Origin: Fibrobacteria bacterium
GTDB taxonomy: Bacteria > Fibrobacterota > Fibrobacteria > UBA11236
Direction of reading: 5' to 3'
Length of the DNA stretch: 50,955 bases
Assembly: GCA_043732185.1 (NCBI GenBank)
Contig: JAYTHY010000128.1
Coordinates: forward strand, 1 to 50,955
Shown here: piece by piece, positions 10,346 through 19,941 of the stretch
How positions within the stretch are numbered: position 1 is the stretch's first letter
How the letters are laid out: each line of letters begins with the position of its first letter
Program-made: the position numbers and the translations under genes
The notes under the pieces: model-generated
The model's input: the letters and a program-made list of their open reading frames with translations, nothing else
Databases searched by the model: none
What the model was told of the DNA's origin: nothing

Positions 10346-10423
10346 TTCATGAGTTCCCGTGGAAGGTTTGCTTTTGCTCTGAACGTGTATGTTACCGCCA
10401 TAGCCTTCTACGATGGAGCGGAC
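10127..10423 (+). repeat. Left copy of 297-bp direct repeat flanking the biosynthetic island
   Basis: Aligns without gaps to 22067-22363 (offset 11940 bp). I counted 12 mismatches, about 96% identity. Confidence 0.96.
10220..10423 (-). pseudogene. Remnant 3' end of the histidine kinase gene (duplicate of 22160-22363)
   Basis: The minus strand reads SIVEGYGGNIHVQSKSKPSTGTHELIFTLELP..., matching the C-terminus of the kinase at 22160-23284, with no 5' part. Confidence 0.85.
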
Positions 10424-10518
10424 GACGTTCGGATGACAAGCTGAACTGAAATGCCGGGAGCCAACCCAGGCAGTCCGAGAGGCAGTGACCTAGATCAGAA
10501 TAGAGGATAGTGGATTTT

Positions 10519-10550
10519 TTTTGCTCACCGGATGTTTTGCTCACCGGATG
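10519..10550 (+). repeat. Perfect 16-bp tandem duplication TTTTGCTCACCGGATG x2 upstream of the island operon
   Basis: Read directly at 10519-10534 and 10535-10550. Confidence 0.9.
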
Positions 10551-10715
10551 GTTACGGTGCTGGTCCCCAAAACACCGGGCCGTAAGCGGAACCATGGCTA
10601 GAACTCAGGACCCAGAAAAAATTTCAGGTCCAATAATGTTTGGTGTAACTTAAAAAGTACCTGAGCCGTCTAAACACCAGAAACCCGAGCTATTTAAATG
10701 GGGAGAATTTTACGA

Positions 10716-13682
10716 ATGCTAAGGCATACTTTTAGTGATTACCGGAAATTTTGCAAACCGAAGCTGGCCGAGCTTCTCAGCAGCTTGAAATTGGACAAGG
10801 AATATTCCAGCGGACGTGGATGCATCCTGGTCACGTCCGAGGGCAAGGAAGTGGTGGATTTCATCGGTGGTTTCGGGGCGCTTCTATTGGGCCATAACCA
10901 CCCCGAGATTTGTGCTGCCGCCATGGAGAGAATCGAAAAGGCTTCGGTGGTGCATTCCCAGGTTTCCATCCATCCGGAATGCGCGAAACTGGCGCGGACT
11001 CTTTCAGAACTTACTCCCGGTGACGCCGACTACTGTGTCAATTTTTCGAATTCGGGTACGGAAAGCGTGGAAGCGGCCATCAAGCATGCCTATAAGGTCC
11101 ACTTCGATAAAATCAGAATTGAATATGAACGGCTGACGCGAGTATTGAATGACTTCTTCTATAAAATGGAATCGGAAAAATCAGATTTACCCCTGCCGGG
11201 CGGGAAAACCCTGGTCGATTTCCGGGACGACCTGGATGAATACAATCTGGCGCAACTTGAAGAGTTTCAAAATCATCCCGCCATCATCGCCTTCAAGGGA
11301 TCTTTCCATGGAAAGACCACATCCTCCTTGAAAATGACATTCAATAAATCCTATCGCGAAGGGTACGAAGGCTTGTCGGCGCTTAGGTCGATTTTCGTGG
11401 ACCCACTTGAGCCGGAACGGATTCCGGAAATCGTTTCCGAGGATATTTGCACTTTCCTTTATCCCAGCCTGGATGCGGGAAAAGTTGAATTGCGGCCCAT
11501 CAAGCTTACACGGATTATTGGCCTCATCCTGGAAACGGTACAGGGTGAAGGCGGTATCAGGCCCATCCCGATCGCCACCCTGGAATATCTAGCGGACCAA
11601 CATCCCCGACTGGGGGTGCCCTATCTCATTGATGAAATCCAGACCGGTTGCGGCCGACTTGGACATGTATACAGCTATGCGCGAACTCCCCTCAAAGCGA
11701 TTTGCCCCGAATACATAACCCTGAGTAAAGCGCTGGGTGGAGGATTGGTGAAAATTGGCGCGACCCTGATACGGGAAACCATATATGATCAGGATTTCGG
11801 GATCTTGCATACCTCCACTTTCGGGGAGGATGATTTTTCCGCGACCATTGCCTTGAAATTCCTTGAGATCCTGGGCCGCCAGGATGGAAAGCTGCTTCTC
11901 GAGGTGGAATCAAAGGGCATATTCCTGAAGGAAAAGCTGATTCAATTGGGAAAGGAATTCCCGGAATTGGTCAAGGAGGTCAGAGGAAACGGCCTGCTTC
12001 TGGGGTTGGAACTTACCGATCTCCGCAGTCAATCACCCTTCTTCCGCGCCAGCGGAAAGCAGGGGATTCTTTCGATCCTGATCGCAAGCTATTTGCTTGA
12101 GTACCATGGCATCCGTATTCTTGCCCCGCTTACGACCATGCTCAAAGGCAATCCGGGAAAGAACCGGCTGTCCATTCTGAGAATTCAACCTCCCGTCGCT
12201 ATTTCCGAATCACAAATAGAGGCATTGATTGCCGGGCTTCGGGAAGTCTTCAGGATAATCCGTCGTAACAATGAGTTCTGCCTCATCGCCCATTTGATGG
12301 AATGCCCCGTTTCCGCCGCCGAACGCAGCAATCCGATCCACCTGGAGGCCAAATGGCCCGTGCAGGATGAACATCGGCATATCGATTCGCGGACCGGTTT
12401 CATCGTCCATCCCACCAATGTCAAGAATCTGAAGGAATATTATTTCCCGTCCTTTGGTGAATATTCCTTCGAGGAAAACCAATTTCCGATTTGGTGGAAT
12501 GCCATCAGCCGGTTCCTGGAACCTATCCAGGTCAAAAAAGATTTCATTTCCTCAAATGATTTCGTCATCGAAAATAGCTTGGTCTTCGTTCCTTATTTGC
12601 CCGAGTATATCACGGCAGCCAAAGCCCCTCACCTTATGAAGGAAATGCGTGACAAGGTTCAGGATGCCGTTATTTTGGCCAAGGAATTGGGGGACGAGAA
12701 TATACCAGTAAGCATGGTGGGTCTTGGAGCCTACACATCCATCATTACCAATAATGGCCTGACCATCAACGATTATGAAATGTGTATTACGACGGGAAAC
12801 GCATATACCACCGCCCTGACCCTGCTGGGCCTGATCCAGGCCTCCGATTCGCAAGGCCTGCAATTTGAATCCTGCGAAACAAGTGTAATCGGCGCGGGAG
12901 GAAATATTGGGCAAGTCGTCTCGCAGCTCCTGGCCCCTAGGGTCGGCGGCCTAACCCTAGTCGGCAGCGGACGCAAACTCAGCGGCAAAAGGCTTTTGTC
13001 CGTAAAGAAGGATTGTCTGACGGAAATTTTCCGGCAAATCCGAAAGGAAAGGACAGAAGGCATTGATGCTGAGGGTTCCGCAATGGGGACTCTCGGCAAG
13101 GAGATCTTCGCTGTCCTGGATTCTGGATGTGGTTATGGCATTCTATTGGCCAAAGCCTATTCCTTATTGGAAGTGGGGGCCCCTGGTCCCGTTTATTCAG
13201 CCGCATGCGAGGACGCTTTTTGTTGCGAAGGAGATGGTTTCGCCACTGCCCGAATCCGGTATTCGGACAGCCTGGATTCGATTGCAGATTCCGATATAGT
13301 TGTGCTTGCCACGAATTCCCATGACGATAAATTGATCACCTCGGAAAGGGTGAAGCCCGGGGCCATCGTATGTTGTACATCGGTTCCCGGAAACCTGTCT
13401 CCGGAAGGCTGGGAAGAGCATTTGGCCTTCGATGGTGGCTTGGCCAAACTACCGGAAGGATCCAGGATTCGGTTCGTGGGAATGCCGCGCGGAGGCAATA
13501 GCTATGGCTGCCTGGCGGAAACGCTTTTGCTGGGTTTCGATGGCCATAACCACTCCTTTTCAAAGGGAGTGCTTTCAACGGAAATGGTCTATCGGACCTT
13601 GGAAATGGCCGACACCCATGGCTTCAGCCTGGGCGAATTAAGAATGAATGAAGAAAGGGATGTCAAAGCATGTTCGATTTAA
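10716..13682 (+). CDS. Class III PLP aminotransferase fused to a C-terminal acyl-ACP/thioester reductase-like domain (TamH-like architecture)
   Basis: N-terminal half has DFIGGFGALLLGHNHP, NSGTESVEAAIK, GSFHGKT, ETVQGEGG, DEIQTG, TLSKALGGG (PLP Lys) and HTSTFG. C-terminal half has FIVHP, VGLGAYTSII, TTGNAYT, Rossmann GAGGNIG and YGCLAETLLL (acyl-ACP-reductase-type Cys). A GGAGA RBS precedes ATG 10716; the alternative start is 10698. Confidence 0.85.
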   Translation: MLRHTFSDYRKFCKPKLAELLSSLKLDKEYSSGRGCILVTSEGKEVVDFIGGFGALLLGHNHPEICAAAMERIEKASVVHSQVSIHPECAKLARTLSELTPGDADYCVNFSNSGTESVEAAIKHAYKVHFDKIRIEYERLTRVLNDFFYKMESEKSDLPLPGGKTLVDFRDDLDEYNLAQLEEFQNHPAIIAFKGSFHGKTTSSLKMTFNKSYREGYEGLSALRSIFVDPLEPERIPEIVSEDICTFLYPSLDAGKVELRPIKLTRIIGLILETVQGEGGIRPIPIATLEYLADQHPRLGVPYLIDEIQTGCGRLGHVYSYARTPLKAICPEYITLSKALGGGLVKIGATLIRETIYDQDFGILHTSTFGEDDFSATIALKFLEILGRQDGKLLLEVESKGIFLKEKLIQLGKEFPELVKEVRGNGLLLGLELTDLRSQSPFFRASGKQGILSILIASYLLEYHGIRILAPLTTMLKGNPGKNRLSILRIQPPVAISESQIEALIAGLREVFRIIRRNNEFCLIAHLMECPVSAAERSNPIHLEAKWPVQDEHRHIDSRTGFIVHPTNVKNLKEYYFPSFGEYSFEENQFPIWWNAISRFLEPIQVKKDFISSNDFVIENSLVFVPYLPEYITAAKAPHLMKEMRDKVQDAVILAKELGDENIPVSMVGLGAYTSIITNNGLTINDYEMCITTGNAYTTALTLLGLIQASDSQGLQFESCETSVIGAGGNIGQVVSQLLAPRVGGLTLVGSGRKLSGKRLLSVKKDCLTEIFRQIRKERTEGIDAEGSAMGTLGKEIFAVLDSGCGYGILLAKAYSLLEVGAPGPVYSAACEDAFCCEGDGFATARIRYSDSLDSIADSDIVVLATNSHDDKLITSERVKPGAIVCCTSVPGNLSPEGWEEHLAFDGGLAKLPEGSRIRFVGMPRGGNSYGCLAETLLLGFDGHNHSFSKGVLSTEMVYRTLEMADTHGFSLGELRMNEERDVKACSI

Positions 13683-15520
13683 GAAGCCGGGCGGAAGCCA
13701 CTGCATTCAAAGTCCATAAATCCATTTCCAATGTCTCTGAAATTGTGGACCTACACCTGAAAACCTATGGAACCCGGCCAGCCATCCGCTTCGATGTCGG
13801 CACCGGATACCGGACCATGAATTTCCAAGAATACTTGGGATATATCCAAGCCATGATCAGTTTTCTGGAAGAGCAGGATGAAAAACAAAAGGTGATTGCG
13901 ACGCTATGCAAGAACCGGGTGGAATGGGATATGGTGGCCATGGCCTCCTTTTACACCGCCAATATCATTTTTCCGTTGGACACCAAAACCAATCCCGTGG
14001 AATTGGATCACCTACTGGGGTTGTGCAAGCCGGACTATATCCTGACATCCTTTGCGCAGTTGCCCCGGGTGCGGGAACTGTCCACCCGCCACCGACTCCA
14101 TGCAAAGATTCTGGTCGCGGATATCTTCGAGGTCTTCGAGGATATCGGTTTCGAAAAGCCGAAGCTGCTGTCGGGTGAATCGAGAATGAAGGACATTCTG
14201 ATCGAATTCCAAGGTAGACCTATTTCACCGAGTCCCTTGCTCGACTTTCCCAATACCGTATTGGGATACTATCCCACTTCGGGCACCACGTCCCTCCCCA
14301 AGATAGTGAAGATCACGCACGGGAATATCGTCGCGGAAGTAAACTGCGCCTTTGAGGTATTGAACCTGCGGACCAATGAGGATCTGCTCAATATCGGACC
14401 GTATACCCATATCGCAACCTTGGTCGAATTCCTGGTGACCAAGACGCGCGGCTTCACGGTGACGTACTTCACGCGCGAACCCGACGACGACGATGTGCTG
14501 GAAGGGGAGATTGAAAAGCTCAAGAAGCTGGACGTGCGCATAAAGGCCTTGATGGCTGTTCCGAAATTCTGGATTTACCTGCTAAAGGAGGTCCTGGAGG
14601 AGATGAAGAACAAACCCGTGCTACGGAATCTATACCAACATCTCACCAGCATAGAGAAAAATGGCCAGCTGCATGATATCGGAACCATAGAAAAGGCCAA
14701 ATTAACTGCCGTTCGGATCCTGCTGCGCAATAAGCTGGGCGGTTATTTCAGTTATGGCATCTCTTCTTCCATGAAAATCGACGCGGCCATAGTGGAGATA
14801 TTCGGAAAACTCGGCATCACGGTACTGGATATCTACGGTGCAACGGAATGTTCCGGAATCATATCCCGTAACAAACTCAATGAAATCCATCCCGGAAGTT
14901 GCGGAAAAATCATAGATGCCTTGGATTACCGGCTTTCCGGGCTCAGGAAGATCAAGGGGGTCGATCAGGAAGTCGGAATCCTGGAGGTGAAAGGTCCCAC
15001 CATCGCGCATTCCTATCTGAAGGCGGACAATGGCGAAGAACCCATGGCCCTTGACGGAGACGGTTACCTTGCCACCGGCGATTTGGCCTGGGTGGATGAA
15101 CGTCGGTTGGTCCACCTAATTGGTCGGGAGAAGGAACTCATCCATTGGAAGGATGGCTCTTATATCGATCCGCAATACCTGTCCAATCTGCTAGTTCGCA
15201 GTATTTTCATCAAGGATGCCATGGTCGCACATACCCATCCCGAGAACGATTTCTTGAGTGTCTTCGTCTATCCCGATTTCAAAAGGATAAGCAAGGATCC
15301 CACATGGCGGACGGAAATCCATACCGGTGTCAGCGAGGACGAGGCGCTCAAAGCCCGTATTTTGGATGCCATTCGATATGCGGAATCGGTTTCCGGGATT
15401 TCGGCCTCGCTGGACAAGGATGCCGTTTTTATACTCCCGAACAAGTTGGAGCGTACGCCTACCCATAAGATCAAATTCCTCTTTGAAATGAAACGCCTCC
15501 ACCTCGCAAAAAAGATATGA
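13670..15520 (+). CDS. AMP-dependent acyl-adenylate-forming enzyme (long-chain acyl-CoA synthetase-like)
   Basis: YPTSGTTSLPK (A3), YGATE (A5), LATGD (A7), GREKE (A8) and RTPTHKIK (A10) motifs. Overlaps the upstream gene. Confidence 0.85.
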   Translation: MFDLRSRAEATAFKVHKSISNVSEIVDLHLKTYGTRPAIRFDVGTGYRTMNFQEYLGYIQAMISFLEEQDEKQKVIATLCKNRVEWDMVAMASFYTANIIFPLDTKTNPVELDHLLGLCKPDYILTSFAQLPRVRELSTRHRLHAKILVADIFEVFEDIGFEKPKLLSGESRMKDILIEFQGRPISPSPLLDFPNTVLGYYPTSGTTSLPKIVKITHGNIVAEVNCAFEVLNLRTNEDLLNIGPYTHIATLVEFLVTKTRGFTVTYFTREPDDDDVLEGEIEKLKKLDVRIKALMAVPKFWIYLLKEVLEEMKNKPVLRNLYQHLTSIEKNGQLHDIGTIEKAKLTAVRILLRNKLGGYFSYGISSSMKIDAAIVEIFGKLGITVLDIYGATECSGIISRNKLNEIHPGSCGKIIDALDYRLSGLRKIKGVDQEVGILEVKGPTIAHSYLKADNGEEPMALDGDGYLATGDLAWVDERRLVHLIGREKELIHWKDGSYIDPQYLSNLLVRSIFIKDAMVAHTHPENDFLSVFVYPDFKRISKDPTWRTEIHTGVSEDEALKARILDAIRYAESVSGISASLDKDAVFILPNKLERTPTHKIKFLFEMKRLHLAKKI

Positions 15521-15530
15521 GGGCCAAGGC

Positions 15531-15815
15531 ATGAAAACTAGCTTTGAAAATCCCATGCTTGGGGAATTGATAGCGCTTTGCCTTCAGGAGGGCATTCTCG
15601 ATTCGAATAATGAAATGGGCTTTGAGAAACGAGATCTGATCGATGAAGGTCTTATCGATTCGATGGGCCTTTTGTCCCTGCAATCCTTAATCGAGGATGC
15701 GTACGGGCTCCTGATACCCCAGGAACTTTTCGTCATGGAGCTGAGGACCCTGGAAAGCATTGCCGGGCATCTCGTTTCCGCCCAAGTCACATCGAAAAAT
15801 AAAGTCGACAGGTAG
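15531..15815 (+). CDS. Acyl carrier protein
   Basis: 94 aa and acidic, with DLIDEGLIDSMGLLSL containing the phosphopantetheine Ser. Confidence 0.85.
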   Translation: MKTSFENPMLGELIALCLQEGILDSNNEMGFEKRDLIDEGLIDSMGLLSLQSLIEDAYGLLIPQELFVMELRTLESIAGHLVSAQVTSKNKVDR

Positions 15816-15822
15816 CGCAATC

Positions 15823-17490
15823 ATGAATATCCTCGAAGCCGTAGCAGAAAACCTAAAGATCCGTAACCCAGAATGGCGGTTTCCCGAGGAGAGCAATGCA
15901 CTCTCGCTTTCCGAAATCGAAACCCGCTCAAGGGTATATGCAGGACGTTTGGCATCCCTGAACGTGGCCACCGGCGATAGGGTCGGTATCCTCTTGGACA
16001 ATTGCTCCGAATACGCTCCATTATTGCTTGGCATTTGGCGGCTCAATGCTGTCGCCGTGCCCTTGCGGCCCAAGCCCGGGAAGTATTTCGATCTTGCCGA
16101 ATATCTCCATTCTGTGCAGGAGGTCTGCCGCTTCCGGGCAATCATAGTCGCAGCCGGGGCGGATCCGCAGGCCGTCCGACATTGTTCAGAGGCCTTTGCA
16201 ACTCCGATACTCTTTCTCCCAGAGTTGCTCTTGCCCGGCATGCCGGAATCGAAGGTTAATGTGCCGGAGATTCCCGGCATCCTGCCGGAAGACGCGGCAA
16301 TAATCCAATTTTCTTCAGGTACGACGGGCACACCCAAAGGGGTCGTGGTTACGCATGCGATGATGGTGGCGCAAATTGAGCAAATCAATTGTGAAGTCCG
16401 TTCCGGATGCAATGGATCAAAGGTGACGTCATCGGCTTCATGGCTGCCCTTCAATCACGATATGGGCCTTTTCATTGGTCTATTGAATCCACTATTCGTT
16501 GGCGCGGACAACTTGCTGGCGTCTCCCAGGTACTATATGTTTAAACCCAGGCGCTGGTTCCAGATGATGCATGAGTACAATACCACTTTGCATTTCACCA
16601 CGAATTCCGCACTGTTGGGCTCCTTCAATTCGCTCGCCACGATTGAACCCGGCACCCTGGACCTTTCCAATCTCTATATGTATATCGGCGCCGAAAAGGT
16701 TATGCCCCAGGTGCTTGAATCCGCATACCGAATCCTCGCGCCTTTTAAAATGGAAAAAAGAAATCTACGCATAGGATATGGAATGGCGGAAAATACACTG
16801 GGGGCGGCCTCAACGAATAAGCCGGAGATCAGCGTTCGCCGATTCCATATCGGGGAAAAGGGCAACCTGACACCCACCCTGGATTTCGGACCCGGCATCC
16901 ACGAAGTCGTTGCTTTCGGGTCTCCCCATGCAGGCACACGCATTACCATTAGGGACGACCAGGGAGAGATCCTTCCGGAATTACAGCTTGGAGAAATCAC
17001 TATTGAAGGGCCTTGCGTGATGGCAGGCTATTTCCGGAATGCTGCGGCGACACGCCTGAGTCTGGACGGTTCCCGATTGCGTACTGGCGATATAGGATTC
17101 ACCTATGAAAACGAGTACTATTTCCATTCCCGGAAGGACGACCTTTTGATTATCGGCGGAAAAAACATTGTTCCCGATGAAATCGAGGCTCAGGTTGAAA
17201 CCATGGCCTTTATAAGGCCCTCCTGCACGGTTCTGGTGGGAGTGCATGAGCCCATTACTGGTGAAATGCAGCTCCGGTTGCTGGTGGAACCCAGACTTCC
17301 TGCAGGAACCAAATTCGGGCTAGAGTATAGACGGCTCATCCAACAGAAGGTATTTGAAACCTCCGGCGTGTTGATCCAATCCATCCAAGCCTGTGCAAGC
17401 GGCTCGGTCGAAAAGACATCGAGCGGCAAAAAGCGCAGAAAAGTGATTTCCCAAAGGCTGGTTTGCGGAGAAATCGTTTTGGCGGATTAG
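15823..17490 (+). CDS. Fatty acyl-AMP ligase (FAAL-like)
   Basis: QFSSGTTGTPKGV, SWLPFNHDMGL, GYGMAENTL, LRTGDIGF, RKDDLLIIGGKN and KTSSGK motifs. Lies directly after the ACP. Confidence 0.88.
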   Translation: MNILEAVAENLKIRNPEWRFPEESNALSLSEIETRSRVYAGRLASLNVATGDRVGILLDNCSEYAPLLLGIWRLNAVAVPLRPKPGKYFDLAEYLHSVQEVCRFRAIIVAAGADPQAVRHCSEAFATPILFLPELLLPGMPESKVNVPEIPGILPEDAAIIQFSSGTTGTPKGVVVTHAMMVAQIEQINCEVRSGCNGSKVTSSASWLPFNHDMGLFIGLLNPLFVGADNLLASPRYYMFKPRRWFQMMHEYNTTLHFTTNSALLGSFNSLATIEPGTLDLSNLYMYIGAEKVMPQVLESAYRILAPFKMEKRNLRIGYGMAENTLGAASTNKPEISVRRFHIGEKGNLTPTLDFGPGIHEVVAFGSPHAGTRITIRDDQGEILPELQLGEITIEGPCVMAGYFRNAAATRLSLDGSRLRTGDIGFTYENEYYFHSRKDDLLIIGGKNIVPDEIEAQVETMAFIRPSCTVLVGVHEPITGEMQLRLLVEPRLPAGTKFGLEYRRLIQQKVFETSGVLIQSIQACASGSVEKTSSGKKRRKVISQRLVCGEIVLAD

Positions 17491-17522
17491 GTTTGGAAAG
17501 CGGATAAGGGTGGGGGGTTAGT

Positions 17523-19892
17523 ATGTTGGCGCGATTCTGTTTGAAGCGGGGACCGGTCATTATCGGTTTTTGGTCCGTTCTGGTATTGATTTTCCTTGCG
17601 GCCATCGGGCATCGGGTACTCTCCATGGATCCCGTCGTGGACAATTCCGTTGGGGTATGGTTCATGCAGGACGATCCCGAACTTAAAGCTTATGAACGCT
17701 TTAACAAGGAGGTTGGGGAAAGGGAGTGGTCCCTGCTCCAGGTCGAAACGTCCTCGATTGGAAATCCAGAATTTCTTCGCGAACTCAGCGCAATTACAGC
17801 ACGCATCGGCAAACTGGCGCATGTCACCAAAGTCGTCTCCATGACGAATGTACGGGACAGCAAGGGCCTCGAAGACGGTTCCCTGGAATACGACAAGTTG
17901 TACCCCGCCAAGGATTCGCTGAGCCTGATCACGGACGATCAATCGATCCGTTTCCGGAAGGCATTGGCGGGCAATCCCATTTTCGAAGGGACCATCCTGA
18001 AATCCGGAGATGACCATCATTCCATGGTTCTCTTCCAGAACGATAACTTGATCCGGGATGTCCACCCTTACCGCATCGAGATGGTCGATTCCATAAAGGC
18101 GATTCTTCGCGGTTATGCCACCGTGACCGGATTTTCCCTGGCAGGCACGACCATGGTCAATGCGGAATTGAATCGCTCCGCATTGAAGGACGTGATTCTG
18201 TTTTACGTACTGGTCACCTTGTTGCTGGTCATTTTCGGCGCTTTCTCCCTGAGAAACTTCCGGGATCTCGCCGTGCTTCTGGCCGTAGTCACGGGCTGCG
18301 TTGTGCCGCCCATGGGCTTGCTCGCGCTTTTGGGCATTCCCTACAATATGGTGACCATCATGTTGCCGCCGATCCTGGTATCCCTCTGTGTCTGCGACAT
18401 CATCCACCTTATAAACGGTTTCCATTATGAGAGGAAATTCCATTCCTCCGCCCAAGCCATGGAAACAGCCATTGGGAAAATCTTTTCAGCCTGTATCTGG
18501 ACTTCGGTAGTCACCATGGCCGGATTTCTATCCTTGGCTTTTTCCACTGTCATGCCTATTTGGCAGATGGGCATCTATTCTTCCTTCGGGATTTTCATGG
18601 CCTGGTGCATTACCATGACCTTGGCGCCCGTGATGCTGGTCCGGTTTTGGCCGCTCGGAAACCTGGATAGCGGCAGTCAGGCCTCCGACGGATCCAAGGA
18701 AGCGGGTTTGTATGCGCGTAAATTCGTACCCATCCTTTTCGGCAGATTACGCCCGCTTTGGCTTTTCATTTTCGCCCTTATGTTCCTGCCTTTATTCGGT
18801 ATCTCCAAGCTGAGAGTCGATACCGACTACACAAAATTTTTTGGTAAAGACGCGGATTTGACCCGGGCTTATGCGACCCTCGAAAAAACGGGATTCTCCC
18901 AGAACGTGCTTTCCTTGGTGCTCCGTTTTCCAGAAGGCAAAACCTATTCGTCCAAGGACTATTTTGCCCGGGTAAGATCCTTTGAGAAGCAGGTTTCGAA
19001 CCTGCCCGAGGTCCGGAAAATATTATCCCTTACCCAATTGGTGGAGCGCATCGATTTGGCCTTCAATAACGATGCCGACACCGAAGGAATTGGAGTTGGC
19101 GACAATCAAGCGAGCAGCCCAGTCGTCGATAGGATTTCCGGATATTCGCCGGAACAAATCGACCAGCTGCTCTTTCTGGGGGAGCTTTCCGGAAATGACG
19201 ATATCGCCGATTTCTCTAATAAGGAAAGGAATCGGGTCCAAATCCAGGCCTTGACCCCATACTTGAGTTCGAGGAAGTTAGAGGATTTTAAACGAAAGAT
19301 CAATTCATTGGCTACGGAAACCCTGCCTGCCGATCTGACCGTCGAGGTACTGGGCGCCACAGTATTGTGGGCCAATATGGATAAGCAGATCAGCCATACT
19401 CAGGTTGCGTCTTTTCTGGCTTTGGCCATAGTCTTCCTCATTCTATTGCCCCTGATATTCCGAAGCGTGCGCCTGGGTCTTTTGGGTGTTGTCATTAACT
19501 CACTCCCACTGGCCATGACCTTCGGGGTCATGGGACTGCTGGGCATCAAGATAAACATGGCCACTGCCTTGATTGGTGGTGTCTCAATCGGCTCGACCGT
19601 GGACAGTACTATTTTCTTCATCAACAGATTCCAGCAAGGCTTAAAAGAGGGTCTGGAATGGGATGCTGCCGTGCGCAATGCCCTGATTACTGTGGGAGAC
19701 GGAATTATCATGACCTCGGTCATTCTCGCGGGAGGGTTTTGCTGCATGGCCGTGTCCGGCTTTTTACCTACCGCCCAATTCGGCATTTTCACCACGTTTA
19801 CCATAGTCAGCGCCGTCTACTTGGATTTGTTCATCGATCCGTTGCTGCTGACTATATTGAATTTGAAAAAAAAGCCGGTTGCCAAGGCCTAA
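17523..19892 (+). CDS. MMPL/RND-family inner-membrane transporter
   Basis: Twofold repeat of a transmembrane helix, a large periplasmic loop and a transmembrane bundle, with acidic TM4/TM10-type motifs (VCDIIH, VDSTIF). Confidence 0.88.
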   Translation: MLARFCLKRGPVIIGFWSVLVLIFLAAIGHRVLSMDPVVDNSVGVWFMQDDPELKAYERFNKEVGEREWSLLQVETSSIGNPEFLRELSAITARIGKLAHVTKVVSMTNVRDSKGLEDGSLEYDKLYPAKDSLSLITDDQSIRFRKALAGNPIFEGTILKSGDDHHSMVLFQNDNLIRDVHPYRIEMVDSIKAILRGYATVTGFSLAGTTMVNAELNRSALKDVILFYVLVTLLLVIFGAFSLRNFRDLAVLLAVVTGCVVPPMGLLALLGIPYNMVTIMLPPILVSLCVCDIIHLINGFHYERKFHSSAQAMETAIGKIFSACIWTSVVTMAGFLSLAFSTVMPIWQMGIYSSFGIFMAWCITMTLAPVMLVRFWPLGNLDSGSQASDGSKEAGLYARKFVPILFGRLRPLWLFIFALMFLPLFGISKLRVDTDYTKFFGKDADLTRAYATLEKTGFSQNVLSLVLRFPEGKTYSSKDYFARVRSFEKQVSNLPEVRKILSLTQLVERIDLAFNNDADTEGIGVGDNQASSPVVDRISGYSPEQIDQLLFLGELSGNDDIADFSNKERNRVQIQALTPYLSSRKLEDFKRKINSLATETLPADLTVEVLGATVLWANMDKQISHTQVASFLALAIVFLILLPLIFRSVRLGLLGVVINSLPLAMTFGVMGLLGIKINMATALIGGVSIGSTVDSTIFFINRFQQGLKEGLEWDAAVRNALITVGDGIIMTSVILAGGFCCMAVSGFLPTAQFGIFTTFTIVSAVYLDLFIDPLLLTILNLKKKPVAKA

Positions 19893-19941
19893 AAAACACC
19901 CGTGGCCATGGTCAATGGATAAACTGCAGGAAGGGATTGTA

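Noticed and set aside
10519..10550. Tandem repeat as a CRISPR remnant
   Set aside because: It has only two 16-bp units, no spacer, and no cas genes nearby.
10716..17490. Calling the cluster a tambjamine or prodigiosin pathway
   Set aside because: No prolyl-carrier, pyrrole-forming PKS, O-methyltransferase or PigC/TamQ-type condensing genes are present in the window.
17487..18455. 322-aa minus-strand ORF
   Set aside because: It lies entirely antisense to the well-supported MMPL gene and has no motifs.
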